Origin: a bacterium
GTDB taxonomy: Bacteria; Desulfobacterota; DSWW01
Direction of reading: 5' to 3'
DNA: 64,000 nucleotides
Assembly: GCA_040756235.1 (NCBI GenBank)
Contig: JBFLZG010000154.1
Coordinates: 1-64,000, forward strand
Shown: positions 17,489 to 27,581 of the stretch, piece by piece
Position numbering within the stretch: the stretch's first letter is position 1
How the letters are laid out: each line of letters opens with the position of its first letter
Translations under genes and position numbers: made by a program
The notes under the pieces: generated by a model
What the model was told of the DNA's origin: nothing
Seen by the model: only the letters and a program-made list of their open reading frames with translations
Database searches by the model: none

Positions 17489-19855
17489 ATGAAGCATTCA
17501 GGACCCCGAGCGCTCGCCATTTCGGTCGTGCTCTTCTTCTCTTGCCTCCTGTTCCCGCGCTCTTCCGCAGCCGCCGCAGAGCCTGCGATTCAGGCTCCCG
17601 AGGCGCCTGAGGGCCAGGACATACGACGCACCGTCGAGCTGCTGGAGAACCCGGAGAAGGTCCGAGAGTTGACACGGCAGCTGAAGCTCCTGCTGGAGGC
17701 GCAGGAAAGAACGGCCGCCGCGGCGAGCCTTCGGGCCGCCGAACCGGCAGAGCCTCCATCGGTGCCGCTGTCGGCAGAGGCCGTCAAGCTGGTGCGGACC
17801 TACAAGCAACAGTTGCAGGCCGGGCTCGACCGGGTCTGGAACGAGATCCGCGGGGTGCGGCAGAGCCTCGAGCGGTTCAAGGCCTATCTCTCGACGGGGG
17901 ACAACCTGCAGCGCTTTACGGGTTCTCTGATCAAGATCGCTCTGGCCCTGGCGCTCAGCACGTGGGGCTGGCTGCTGGGCCGCAGGCAAGCCAGGAAGCT
18001 GTTGGATCGAAGGGCATACCGGGAACCCTCCGGCTTGGCGGAGAGGGTCAACAGGGCCCTGGTCGGCACGTTCTTTCACGTGTATCCCTGGCTGGGGCTC
18101 TTTCTCTTCTTTCTGGTCCTTTCGCTGTTCTTCCCGAAACAGGCCGTTCTGCGCGCCGTCTTTCTTCTCGAAACCGCCGCCGTGGCGGTCTACTTCGGGC
18201 TGAAGGGGCTGGCCTACTTCTTTCTGTCGCCGGACCGGAGAGAGCTTCGGGTGGTCCCGGCGCGAGACGAGGGGGCCCATTATGCCTTCATCTGGATTCA
18301 CAGGTTCCTGCTGTTCTCTCTCTGGATGATCGCCTGCATCGTCCCGAGCGCCGTCATGAGGCGGCCGGCCCTGCTGGCGGTCTTCCTGGGGTTGTGGCAG
18401 GTCGGGATCGTGGTCCTCGCGTCGGTCCTGCTCGCACAGCAGCGGAGTCGGATCGAGCGCAGCCTCCGCCTCGCATCGACGGGCAAGGAATCCCGCTTTG
18501 TCTTGTCGGCGAAGAAGGCGGTCAATTTTTTCGTGGGCAGGTTCTACGTCGTACTGATCGCCTATATGGGAGTGGTGGTGACCTGCTATCTCCTGGGATG
18601 GACCGACGCCTACGAGTACCTGCTCAGCTGTGCGGGCAAGAGCCTCCTGGTCCTCGTCCTGGGTGCCGGCCTGTGGCTGCTCTGGCGTTTGCTTTTCGGC
18701 CGCTTGTTCCAGGTGAGCGCCGCCATCAAGGAGAAGTACCCTCTGCTGGAAGCGCACGTCAACCGCTACATTCCGTTCATCGGCAAGGCGGGCTACGCCG
18801 TCATCCTGGTGGTGACCGCCTTGAGCCTTCTCGACGCCTGGGGGGTGGACGTGTACGCGTTCCTGGCGTCCCACCCTTCCGTGGTCAGCGGCCTGGTGCA
18901 CATTCCCTTGATCGTCTTCGCGGCCGTTCTCCTGACCCAGGCCGGCACGGTTCTCATTGCCAAGCTGGAGCAGCATGCAGCGGCGCGGATGCAGGTCGGG
19001 GAGGAAGCATCCAAGCTCGAGGCCGAGAAACGGGTGTCGACCCTGGGCGGGATCACGCGCAAGGCGAGCTTCGTCACGATCTGGGCGGCGGCCTCGATGA
19101 TGATTCTGGCGGAGATGGGGTTCGACATCAAACCGATCCTGGCAGGCGCCGGGATCGTCGGAGTCGCGGTCGGGTTCGGCGCACAGAGCCTGGTCAAGGA
19201 CGTCATCGGCGGCCTGTTCCTGCTGATGGAGAACCGCATCCGCGTGGGTGACGTGGCCTTGATCAACGGCACCGGCGGGCTTGTCGAGCAGGTCAATTTG
19301 CGCACCACCGTTCTCCGGGACCTCTCGGGCACGGTTCACATGTTTCCGAACGGCTCGATCCAGACGCTGTCCAACATGACGCACGAGTTCTCCTTTTACG
19401 TGTTCGATGTGGGGGTGGCGTACAAGGAGGACACGGACCGGGTCATCGAGATCTTGCGCGAGCTCGGGGAGGAAATGACGCAGGAGGAGGCCTATCGATC
19501 GTCCATCCTGGAGCCGCTGGAAATCCTCGGGGTCGACCGGTTCGACAACTCGGCCGTGGTGATCAAGGCGCGGATCAAGACGCTTCCGATCAAGCAGTGG
19601 CTCGTCGGCCGGGAGATGAACCGGAGGATCAAGAAGCGCTTCGACGAGCTGGGCATCGAGATCCCCTTCCCACACCAGTCGTTCTACTTCGGAGAGGCGA
19701 GCAAACCGATCACCGTGAAGATGGAAGGTTCCGTGGACCCTCGTCAGGAGATCCGGGAGATCGTGCGCGAGATGCTGGCGTCGGATTCCATGGCTCAATT
19801 GAGGAGCTCTCTGCCGGAACAAACGGATCGGCGAGGCCCGGATGTCCCGGATTGA
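17489..19855 (+). CDS. Large MscS-family channel (YbiO-like) with signal peptide and extra TM domain
   Basis: GAGIVGVAVGFGAQSLVKD, NLRTTVLRD, GIEIPFP. Confidence 0.92.
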   Translation: MKHSGPRALAISVVLFFSCLLFPRSSAAAAEPAIQAPEAPEGQDIRRTVELLENPEKVRELTRQLKLLLEAQERTAAAASLRAAEPAEPPSVPLSAEAVKLVRTYKQQLQAGLDRVWNEIRGVRQSLERFKAYLSTGDNLQRFTGSLIKIALALALSTWGWLLGRRQARKLLDRRAYREPSGLAERVNRALVGTFFHVYPWLGLFLFFLVLSLFFPKQAVLRAVFLLETAAVAVYFGLKGLAYFFLSPDRRELRVVPARDEGAHYAFIWIHRFLLFSLWMIACIVPSAVMRRPALLAVFLGLWQVGIVVLASVLLAQQRSRIERSLRLASTGKESRFVLSAKKAVNFFVGRFYVVLIAYMGVVVTCYLLGWTDAYEYLLSCAGKSLLVLVLGAGLWLLWRLLFGRLFQVSAAIKEKYPLLEAHVNRYIPFIGKAGYAVILVVTALSLLDAWGVDVYAFLASHPSVVSGLVHIPLIVFAAVLLTQAGTVLIAKLEQHAAARMQVGEEASKLEAEKRVSTLGGITRKASFVTIWAAASMMILAEMGFDIKPILAGAGIVGVAVGFGAQSLVKDVIGGLFLLMENRIRVGDVALINGTGGLVEQVNLRTTVLRDLSGTVHMFPNGSIQTLSNMTHEFSFYVFDVGVAYKEDTDRVIEILRELGEEMTQEEAYRSSILEPLEILGVDRFDNSAVVIKARIKTLPIKQWLVGREMNRRIKKRFDELGIEIPFPHQSFYFGEASKPITVKMEGSVDPRQEIREIVREMLASDSMAQLRSSLPEQTDRRGPDVPD

Positions 19856-20086
19856 AAGCCCCGCATGGGTTTCGACTCAGGGTCTGCGGCGTATTCCCGG
19901 CTTGCTCGCCTCCGGATTCTCCCGTATCATTCTATTATCCGCAGCCATTCGAAGCAGAAGCCGGCTCGGGTCGGAAACCTCCACCTACGGGTCAGACGGA
20001 AAGGGCCCGGGGGAGCTCTCCGAACGGACCCGACCTGCCCCGTACCGGTTCACTCTTCAGCTGACAACTGCCCGGGAGGCGGCCTG

Positions 20087-22372
20087 ATGAACCCTGGCGA
20101 TCCGCATGCCGGGAGACTGATCATCGTCTCGAACAGACTTCCGTTCACCGTGCGCCTGGAAAACGGTGAGCTGCGATTCGATGACAGCGCCGGAGGGCTG
20201 GTCACCGGCCTGAGCACTTTTCTGGATTCTTACAAGTACCACTTTCCCAGGCATGAGGAACATGTGTGGGTGGGATGGCCCGGCAATACCATACCGGAGG
20301 AATTCCGGGAGCGGGTGCGATCCTGGGCTCTGGAGGAGTGTCGCGCCTGTCCCGTCTTCCTTTCCGAAACCGACATGGAGGAGTTCTACTTCGGATTCTG
20401 CAACAAGACCGTGTGGCCGCTGTTCCACTATTTTCCATCGTACACGGTGTACGATGAGAGTTTCTGGCATACCTATCAGCGCGTCAACGAGCTTTTCTGC
20501 GACGCGCTGCTCGAGCTGGTTCGACCCGAGGACATGATCTGGGTGCACGATTATCACCTGATGCTTCTCCCACGACTGTTGCGAGAGAAGATCCCGAATG
20601 CCATCGTGGGCTTCTTCCTGCATATCCCGTTCCCATCCTTTGAAATGTTCCGCCTCCTCCCGCGGCGCTGGCGCCGCGGCCTCCTCGAGGGCCTGCTGGG
20701 AGCCGACCTGCTCGGATTTCACACCTATGAATACATGCAGCACTTTCTCCAATCCGTGTTGCGGATCCTGGGTTATGAGCACCACATGGGTCGCATCTCC
20801 CTGCCGAACCATGTGGTCAAGGTGGAAACCTATCCCATGGGCATCGACTTCAGGAGGTTCTTCGAAGCGAGCGGCGCCCCGGAAGCACAGCAGGAGCGAG
20901 CAGAGCTCCAGAAGAGGCTGTCCGGTTCTCGCACGATCCTTTCCGTGGATCGGCTCGACTACACCAAGGGCATTCCGAATCGCCTGGAAGGATTCGAGCT
21001 TCTGCTCCAGCGCTGTCCACAGTTTCGAGGCAAGCTGGTTCTGATCATGGTCGTGGTGCCTTCGCGCATCGGCGTCGTGCACTATGAAGCGATGAAGAAG
21101 CAGATCGAAGAGCTTGTCGGAAGAATCAACGGCAGGTACGGTTGCATCGCCTGGACACCGGTGATCTATCAATACCGCCATCTTTCCCTCTACCCGCTGT
21201 CCGCGCTGTACGGCCTCGCCGACATTGCCCTCGTGACGCCGCTGCGCGACGGCATGAACCTCATCGCAAAGGAATACATCGCGTCGCGCACGGACGGGAG
21301 CGGCACCCTGGTCCTCAGCGAGATGACCGGCGCGGCGAAAGAGCTGGGAGAGGCCATCATCATCAATCCCAATGATATCCGGGAGATTGCCGATGCGTTG
21401 CACGAGGCGCTGCAGATGCCGAGAACGGAGCAGGAGCGGCGCAACACGATCATGCAGGAGCGGCTGCGCCGCTATGACGTCACCCGCTGGGCCACGGATT
21501 TCGTGAGACAGCTCGTGCAGATGAGGGAGGTGCAGGAGCAATTCAATGCGAAGCTGCTGCCGCTGCCGACCCGGGAACGGATCGTCGATGAGTTCACCGG
21601 TGCGGCAAGACCGATCCTGTTCATCGACTATGACGGCACCCTGGTTCCGTTCGAGCGGCGTCCGGACATGGCGACTCCCAGCCAGGCGGTCGTGGAGATT
21701 CTCGAGGCGCTCGCGGCGATTCCGCGCAATACGGTCGTCCTCATCAGCGGCCGCGATCGGGGTTCCCTGGATCCATGGTTCGGAAAGCTCTCCATCGGCA
21801 TCGTCGCCGAGCACGGCATGTGGATCCGCGAGCGGGATTGCGATTGGCGCATGCTCGGTCAGTACGGGACCGGCTGGAAGGCATCTGTCCTTCCCGTTCT
21901 CCTGCAGTATGCGGACCGTCTGCCCGGGGCATTCGTCGAGGAAAAGGAATACTCCCTCGCATGGCACTTCCGTGCGGCCGATCCGGATCAATCCCGGGCG
22001 GTGGCCGCGGAGCTCATGGACAACCTTGTGAACTTCACGGCCAACATCGACATCCAGGTATTGCAGGGAAACAGAGTCCTGGAGGTGCGGAACGCGGGAG
22101 TGAACAAAGGCAGGGCCGCCATGAGCTGGCTCTCCGGCGCGCGCTACGATTTCATTTTCGCGGCCGGCGATGACGCGACCGACGAGGACCTGTTTCGGAG
22201 CCTGCCGGCCGGGGCATTCTCGTTTCGCGTGGGGATCGCCAAGACGCGGGCGCGGTTCAACCTGCGGCATTCAGAAGACTTGCACGAGCTGCTGCGTCTG
22301 CTCGCCGGCGCCACCGAGGACCGTGCCGAATCGGGCGATTCCTTGCCGCCCCTCGGAGAACGCCGGGGTTGA
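20087..22372 (+). CDS. Bifunctional trehalose-6-phosphate synthase/phosphatase (OtsA-OtsB fusion)
   Basis: VSNRLP, WVHDYHL, DRLDYTKG, DGMNL; HAD motif DYDGTL and GDDATDED; start ATG 20087 with ggagg RBS. Confidence 0.93.
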   Translation: MNPGDPHAGRLIIVSNRLPFTVRLENGELRFDDSAGGLVTGLSTFLDSYKYHFPRHEEHVWVGWPGNTIPEEFRERVRSWALEECRACPVFLSETDMEEFYFGFCNKTVWPLFHYFPSYTVYDESFWHTYQRVNELFCDALLELVRPEDMIWVHDYHLMLLPRLLREKIPNAIVGFFLHIPFPSFEMFRLLPRRWRRGLLEGLLGADLLGFHTYEYMQHFLQSVLRILGYEHHMGRISLPNHVVKVETYPMGIDFRRFFEASGAPEAQQERAELQKRLSGSRTILSVDRLDYTKGIPNRLEGFELLLQRCPQFRGKLVLIMVVVPSRIGVVHYEAMKKQIEELVGRINGRYGCIAWTPVIYQYRHLSLYPLSALYGLADIALVTPLRDGMNLIAKEYIASRTDGSGTLVLSEMTGAAKELGEAIIINPNDIREIADALHEALQMPRTEQERRNTIMQERLRRYDVTRWATDFVRQLVQMREVQEQFNAKLLPLPTRERIVDEFTGAARPILFIDYDGTLVPFERRPDMATPSQAVVEILEALAAIPRNTVVLISGRDRGSLDPWFGKLSIGIVAEHGMWIRERDCDWRMLGQYGTGWKASVLPVLLQYADRLPGAFVEEKEYSLAWHFRAADPDQSRAVAAELMDNLVNFTANIDIQVLQGNRVLEVRNAGVNKGRAAMSWLSGARYDFIFAAGDDATDEDLFRSLPAGAFSFRVGIAKTRARFNLRHSEDLHELLRLLAGATEDRAESGDSLPPLGERRG

Positions 22373-22409
22373 GGTCCTCGCTGTTCCGGGCTGCCAGGAA
22401 CGTGAAAAC

Positions 22410-22495
22410 TGGCGGAGGGAGCAGGATTCGAACCCGCGGCCCTTTCGGGCTCCGGTTTTCAAGACCGGTGCCTTAAACCACTCGGCCATCCCTCC
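22410..22495 (-). tRNA. tRNA-Ser (anticodon TGA)
   Basis: GGAGGGATGGCCGAGTGGTTTAAGGCACCGGTC-TTGAAA-ACCGG, long variable arm, GGGTTCGAATCC, ends GCCA. Confidence 0.97.
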
Positions 22496-22535
22496 GCAGG
22501 CTCGTGGAGCAAGATAGCGGCGCCCTGCTGCCCCA

Positions 22536-22564
22536 ATTCTGCGGGCGGACACTCCTCTTGTCAA
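22536..22564 (-). promoter_or_regulatory. Sigma70-type promoter for tRNA-Ser
   Basis: TTGACA-N17-CAGAAT followed by a GC-rich stretch. Confidence 0.5.
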
Positions 22565-22671
22565 AGCCCGTGCGCAGTCCGCCTCGAGCCGGCGGCCGGA
22601 CCGGATGCGCTCTGAGAGGAAAAAATCCCCCGGGGGAAGGGCCGGACGTGCACCCGGTGCAAGACGGGAAG

Positions 22672-23394
22672 TCAACCGTTGGGTTGATTCTGCTTCTCCA
22701 GGACGTTCCGGATGTAGCCGTAGAGCTGACGGACCTGTTCGTCTGTCATCTCGACCGGGCCGAAGGCCGGCATGGGCGGGGCGGGCGCCCGGATCCAGGC
22801 CAGGAAGGTCTCGAAGTCGCGGTTCCTCCACGATCCGATGACGGGCTGGTTGGGCGCAAAAGTGTTCCGCCCTCCGGGGTGGCAGGCGCTGCAGTTCGAC
22901 GCATAGAGCGTCTCGCCGGCCTGATACGCAACGGAGATCGGAGCGTGCCCGCCCTTCCCCCCGAACACAAGCTCTCCGCCGAAGTACCCGAGGCCGATGA
23001 CGGCGCTGAAGGCGAGGAGGAAGAAGACAAGGGCGGCGAAGGTCTGCCGCTGGGCCTTGTACGAAATCAGGAATCCGAGGAACAGCAGGACCAACAGGAG
23101 GGAGGCCAGGACGATCTTGGCCTTGATGGGAAACACCCAGGCACCATGATAAAAGTGCTGCCAGTCCATGTATCCCAGGAGAACGGTCGGCAGGACGAAG
23201 AGAAGGGCCAGGCCGGCGCAATGGCGTGCCGAGATCGAGGCCCTGCTCCAGCGGAAGGCAAGGGCGGCCGCTCCGAGAAGGAAGGCGCCGATCGTGAGGC
23301 CGATCGGCGCGTGCGCCAGCGCCGCGTGCAGCGCATGCGTGTATCCCAACGCGTTGAGGAAACCGTAGAAGGTCTGAATCCAGCCCTGGGCCAC
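22672..23394 (-). CDS. Membrane protein (DUF2231-like, 4 TM) fused to a C-terminal class I cytochrome c
   Basis: LHAALAHAPIG, GYFGGELVFG, CSACH heme motif, MPAF distal Met; GTG start 23394 with RBS. Confidence 0.82.
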   Translation of the reverse strand: MAQGWIQTFYGFLNALGYTHALHAALAHAPIGLTIGAFLLGAAALAFRWSRASISARHCAGLALLFVLPTVLLGYMDWQHFYHGAWVFPIKAKIVLASLLLVLLFLGFLISYKAQRQTFAALVFFLLAFSAVIGLGYFGGELVFGGKGGHAPISVAYQAGETLYASNCSACHPGGRNTFAPNQPVIGSWRNRDFETFLAWIRAPAPPMPAFGPVEMTDEQVRQLYGYIRNVLEKQNQPNG

Positions 23395-23520
23395 TGTGTC
23401 CGCCTCCCCCTTGAACACCGGCCGGTCGCGCGGAAAGCCCAGGACCGCTCCGGAATGGACAACACGCTTTTCTAAAGATGCACCCGACGGCCCTGTAGAT
23501 GCACCGAATCGGAAACCGGT

Positions 23521-24111
23521 TTACTCATGCACGGCGGACAGCGGCTCGTCGGGGCGAGGTCGGAAACGGTCCTTGAGATAGCGCTGCAGGGCTGGGTACT
23601 GGAAAGGAATGTGCCCGTGAAGGTCCATCTCGGCCAGAGCCCTCCACAGCGGCCAGCCCTGCACCTCGACCCGGTACAGCGCCGTCACCACGCCGGTCTT
23701 GTCCGCTCCCGAGTGGCAGTGAAGCAGGAGAGGGAAGTTCCGCTCGTCCGTCACGATCTGCCGGATCTGCTGCCACTGGCTCTCGGGAAGACCCTTCTTG
23801 GTGCTCACCACGATATGGTGGAGATTCAGTCCGTGTTTTTGTGCCAGGGCCTGCTCGTAAGGCCGGAGGGTCGGCTTCAGCACCACGATCGTCCTGAGCC
23901 GGTATTTCGCGATCCACTCTTCAAGCTGAGCGGCACCGGGCTGGCCGGAGCGATAGATCTTTCCGGGGACGACCGTGTCGAAGTTCTTCTGGACGAGATA
24001 GCTCCAGAGAAAGAGCACGGCGGCGGCCAAAACGAGGGCCAGCGCGGCTGCCGCTTTCAGAGCGGTGCGCCTGCGCGTGCGCCCAACGGTCTCATCCGGG
24101 TGGCGGGCCAT
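23521..24111 (-). CDS. Protein-tyrosine/dual-specificity phosphatase-like protein, membrane anchored
   Basis: NFDTVVPGKIYRSGQP, HCHSGADKTG P-loop. Confidence 0.8.
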   Translation of the reverse strand: MARHPDETVGRTRRRTALKAAAALALVLAAAVLFLWSYLVQKNFDTVVPGKIYRSGQPGAAQLEEWIAKYRLRTIVVLKPTLRPYEQALAQKHGLNLHHIVVSTKKGLPESQWQQIRQIVTDERNFPLLLHCHSGADKTGVVTALYRVEVQGWPLWRALAEMDLHGHIPFQYPALQRYLKDRFRPRPDEPLSAVHE

Positions 24112-25843
24112 TCGTGCCTTCGACCTCGCTCGCGGCAGGTTCTTTGTGGTTCAGGTAGTTGCTCAGGAGCACCATGGTGCGGTGGCCGACCCCTCGCTTC
24201 TCGATGAGCCGGCCCGCCTGCTCGAGCTGGCTCTGAAACCTGCGGTAGCTGGGCTCCTCCATGAGGAGAAGGACCCTGGGGTGCGCCCTCATGTGCTCGA
24301 CGATCTCTTCAGGGGTTCGAAAGATCCGGATGGGCCCCTTGGAATAGTAGATGAACTGCGGCGGCACATGGATGTAGGAAATCACCTCCGCGCCTCTGGC
24401 GCGCTCTTCCACGAGACGCTCGCACATGTAGCGGGCGCTCTTGTGCGGGTTCACCACAGGGTCCACGACGTGGCTCTGAAAGGGCACGAGGGCGCACGGG
24501 AGAAGGACGAGCCCGAGCCAGCCGGTCCTCCACAGTCGTCTCCGGCAGATCCATGCGAAGCCAACGGCAGCCAGGAGGGACAACGACGAGAAGAAGGGCA
24601 GGGGCCCCGGGTCCGGCCTGTATGCGGCGGGCAGGATCCCGGGCAGAAGGAGGAGCCCCGGCGCAGCCAGCAGCAGGATCAGGGCGAAGAAGCCGAACAG
24701 CCAGCGGTAGGCGGCCTCGACTTTGCCGGGCAGGAGATCCGCCACCCGACTCAGTCCCGGCCAGGCTCCCGCTGCGTACACGGCTGCGGCAGGGAAGAGG
24801 GGCAGGAGGTAGTTGCCGCGCTTTTCCGTGGAGAACGAGAAGAACAGGAAGGCGGCGAAGAAAAAACCCATGAGATATCGCTCGGCGTCCGTCGGGCCGA
24901 CGAAGGCGTGCCACTTGCTCCCCGAGCGTCTCTGGAAGAAGATCCAGGCTGCGGGCAGCCACAGGCTCCAGGGCAGGAAGATCGCCGGAAAATCATAGAG
25001 GTAGTATCCGAACCATTTGGGATGGCTGTAGCCGTGCACCGCCCTGCGGTAAGTCTGCTTCCACAGGATCTCCCAGCCTCCGTAAGCGCCATCGGTGCTG
25101 AGCACGGCCGGAACGTACCAGGCCGCCACCACGGCGGCCACCGCAGGCATCCCCCACTGGGGCTTGAGCCTGGCCAGCGACCGCCACTCCCTCCGAGCCG
25201 CGCAGGCGACCAGCGGACCGAGCCAGCAGAGGAGCACGGCGACCGGGCCCTTGGTCAGAGTGGCCGCGGCCATTGCCGCATAGAACAGGACCCGGTAGCG
25301 TGCGGCCGCCTGCCCCCGGAGCGTCTCGTAGCCGCCGATCAAGGAGAAGAATACGAAGGCCGCGAAGACCAGATCCATTTGCCCGAACCGGGCCACCCAC
25401 AGGAACTGGGCCGAGGTGGAGAGCACGGCTGCGGCCATCCAGGCGCGGCCGGCACCCCCGAGGCGACGGGTTCCCCACAGGAAGAGCCCGAGGGCGATGG
25501 CGGTGGCGGCCAGCGCCGAAGGAAGCCTGGCCGCCAGCGGCGTCACGTCTCCGAAGAGCCTGCCAGCGGCGCCCTCGAGCCAGAAGTACATCATGGGCTT
25601 CTGGGTGTAGAGCTCCCCGTTGAGATACGGCACCAGCCAGTCCGATCGCTCGATCATCTCGCGCGCGACCTGCGCGTAGCGGGGCTCGTCCGGCGCCCAG
25701 AGGTCGCGGCTGCCGAGCCGGTAGAAGAAGAGCCAGCCGCACAGCAGGAGCAGCCCGAGGGCCAGCACCAGAGCGGAAATCGGAGGGCCCTGGAGGCGGT
25801 GCTCCAGCCTTTGCAGCAGGGTTCCGGGTCCGATGATGCGCAT
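24092..25843 (-). CDS. ArnT/PMT family (GT-C) glycosyltransferase
   Basis: PDEPRYAQVAREM, QKPMMYFW, ARLPSAL, LTKGP, YLLPLFP; many TM helices. Confidence 0.88.
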   Translation of the reverse strand: MRIIGPGTLLQRLEHRLQGPPISALVLALGLLLLCGWLFFYRLGSRDLWAPDEPRYAQVAREMIERSDWLVPYLNGELYTQKPMMYFWLEGAAGRLFGDVTPLAARLPSALAATAIALGLFLWGTRRLGGAGRAWMAAAVLSTSAQFLWVARFGQMDLVFAAFVFFSLIGGYETLRGQAAARYRVLFYAAMAAATLTKGPVAVLLCWLGPLVACAARREWRSLARLKPQWGMPAVAAVVAAWYVPAVLSTDGAYGGWEILWKQTYRRAVHGYSHPKWFGYYLYDFPAIFLPWSLWLPAAWIFFQRRSGSKWHAFVGPTDAERYLMGFFFAAFLFFSFSTEKRGNYLLPLFPAAAVYAAGAWPGLSRVADLLPGKVEAAYRWLFGFFALILLLAAPGLLLLPGILPAAYRPDPGPLPFFSSLSLLAAVGFAWICRRRLWRTGWLGLVLLPCALVPFQSHVVDPVVNPHKSARYMCERLVEERARGAEVISYIHVPPQFIYYSKGPIRIFRTPEEIVEHMRAHPRVLLLMEEPSYRRFQSQLEQAGRLIEKRGVGHRTMVLLSNYLNHKEPAASEVEGTNGPPPG

Positions 25844-26053
25844 GGGGGTTCGCGTCTTCGATGCAAGCCGTTTGGCACGAGAGCGGCGGTTCCGGGATTG
25901 CGGCACCGCGCCCGCAGATTTTCGAGCGTTTCAAGCTATCACGGCGGATTTGCAGATTGCAACGGAAGCGGGCTCATTTGACTCTGCCCCGGCGAAGGAT
26001 GAACATGGAAGACCCTGTGGGCTTCAAGGAACGGGAGGAGAAAGGAGGGGACC

Positions 26054-26509
26054 ATGGATGTGACTTCCAGAAGAATCGCCACGGCACTGAAGACCGCCAT
26101 TCAGCGGGAAGAGAGGACGGCCGCCGCTTACGGAGACCAGGCCCGGAAGACCAAGGACCCGGGAGCCGGGAAGGTCCTCGAGGCTCTGGTGAAACAGGAG
26201 TTGTCCCACGCCCGAAAGCTCAAGCTCATACTGAATCATGGCGTCGACAGCTCTGTGCTCGGCAAGCGCAGCAGGCTGCTCGCCGACAGCCTTCATGTCC
26301 TGAATGACGATATCCGGATGGTGGAGAAGAGCGGCGATGCCGCCAGGGTCCTCGCCCGGGCGATCAAGGCCGAGGAGAACTCCATGCGCCTTTACTCCTC
26401 CCTGGAGAAAATCTACCGGGGGCTCGAGGTGGCCGAGCTGTTCGGCAAGCTCGCCCAGGAGGAAGAGAGCCACAGGGCCCGTCTGGAGAAGGCTCTGGCG
26501 CGGCTGTGA
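26054..26509 (+). CDS. Ferritin-like / rubrerythrin family protein
   Basis: AIQREE...QELSH and AIKAEE...EEESH diiron motifs; aggagg RBS. Confidence 0.85.
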   Translation: MDVTSRRIATALKTAIQREERTAAAYGDQARKTKDPGAGKVLEALVKQELSHARKLKLILNHGVDSSVLGKRSRLLADSLHVLNDDIRMVEKSGDAARVLARAIKAEENSMRLYSSLEKIYRGLEVAELFGKLAQEEESHRARLEKALARL

Positions 26510-26528
26510 CTTCGACGGGAGCCCGGGC

Positions 26529-26786
26529 ATGGGAATCTGCGGTTTTCGCGCAGACAGCTTCGATTTCGGACTGCTCGAAGGGGGCGAGCTCCGCCGGCTC
26601 GCCGATCTTCTGCAGGCGGTGGAGCAGGGCGCGACCGCCGAGGACCTGGTCCGCGAAGGCGACGGTGTCCTGGCATCCCTCGAGCAGGCCGGATTCGTGT
26701 CCTTGCGAGGGAAAGCGATCTCGCTGGAGGACAAGGGCAAGGCGCTCCTGGACGCGATGAGATCGCTCCGCCGCGTGCCTTCGTAA
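26529..26786 (+). CDS. Small hypothetical protein, possible winged helix
   Basis: 85 aa; LASLEQAGFV...ISLEDKGKALL resembles a wHTH wing. Confidence 0.5.
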   Translation: MGICGFRADSFDFGLLEGGELRRLADLLQAVEQGATAEDLVREGDGVLASLEQAGFVSLRGKAISLEDKGKALLDAMRSLRRVPS

Positions 26787-26813
26787 AGGCGTATGGCCAT
26801 ACGCCCCCAGCTG

Positions 26814-26965
26814 GAGCTTGTCCCACAAGCTCTGGTTCGGGAGCCTGTTCAAAAATGCCCAGATGCCAGGCGCGCGAAATCCCGAGGAATGAGGCGTACA
26901 TTTCAGTACGCCGCAATGACGAGGGACGAGCGCAACGCCGCAGATGGGCGTTTTGGGACAGGCTC
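26814..26965 (+). mobile_element. MITE family A copy (152 bp)
   Basis: Terminal inverted repeats gagcttgtccc / gggacaggctc; near-identical to the reverse complement of 40521-40672; preceded by REP ggcgtatggccatacgcc. Confidence 0.8.
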
Positions 26966-27000
26966 TAGCTAGCGGCCCCCATGATGGCCTGCTTCTCGAA

Positions 27001-27345
27001 TCAGCAGGTCAGGTGCAGGGCTGCGGCCACACGGCCGCCTTGCCGCGCGAGCGCGTTGTAGCGCCGGCAAGCCTCCGCCGTGGGCATCGCTTCCCACTTC
27101 ATCCTCATGCGGTCGAGCCATCGTCTGGTCTCTCCGGCCACCTCCATGACACCCTGAGCGCCCGTCCCGATGACGAGTCTGTCGCAGCCTGCCGGTTCGA
27201 GCCCGGACAGGTCATCGACCTGGAGAAGATGCCCTTCCTTTCTCCGCCAGTTCTCCTGCACGCGCTCCGGATAGAGGATCAGGTCCCGCGAGTACACCTT
27301 GCCGTCGACCTGTATCTTTCCGAACGAGTAGGACTGGATTTCCAT
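27001..27345 (-). CDS. Mth938-like (DUF498/598) protein
   Basis: YSFGKIQVDGK, LVIGTG, TAEACRRYN, ALHLTC. Confidence 0.88.
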   Translation of the reverse strand: MEIQSYSFGKIQVDGKVYSRDLILYPERVQENWRRKEGHLLQVDDLSGLEPAGCDRLVIGTGAQGVMEVAGETRRWLDRMRMKWEAMPTAEACRRYNALARQGGRVAAALHLTC

Positions 27346-27581
27346 GCTCTCCGTTCCCCGCTGCTCGTTCTTGACATCCTTACTTGTTGGATGAGCGGCA
27401 GCTTCGGCTCGTATCGGCGCAAGGTCGTCCCCGCAGCCGGCAGGCCGTGGGCACGAAGAGATGGAAACAGGGGACCGGCTCGGGAGAGCGGTTTCGCCTT
27501 ACCGACAACCGGCAGCGGACACCCGGCGGCTCACGTGCGGGCGAGACGAGCGCAGCCGATCACCATTTTTCGGCGTCCGCC

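Noticed and set aside
17498..19822. 774-aa antisense ORF
   Set aside because: Mirror of the mscS gene on the + strand.
22410..22495. tRNA-Ser as an integration site for a genomic island
   Set aside because: No integrase, and I found no duplicated tRNA 3' end in the window.
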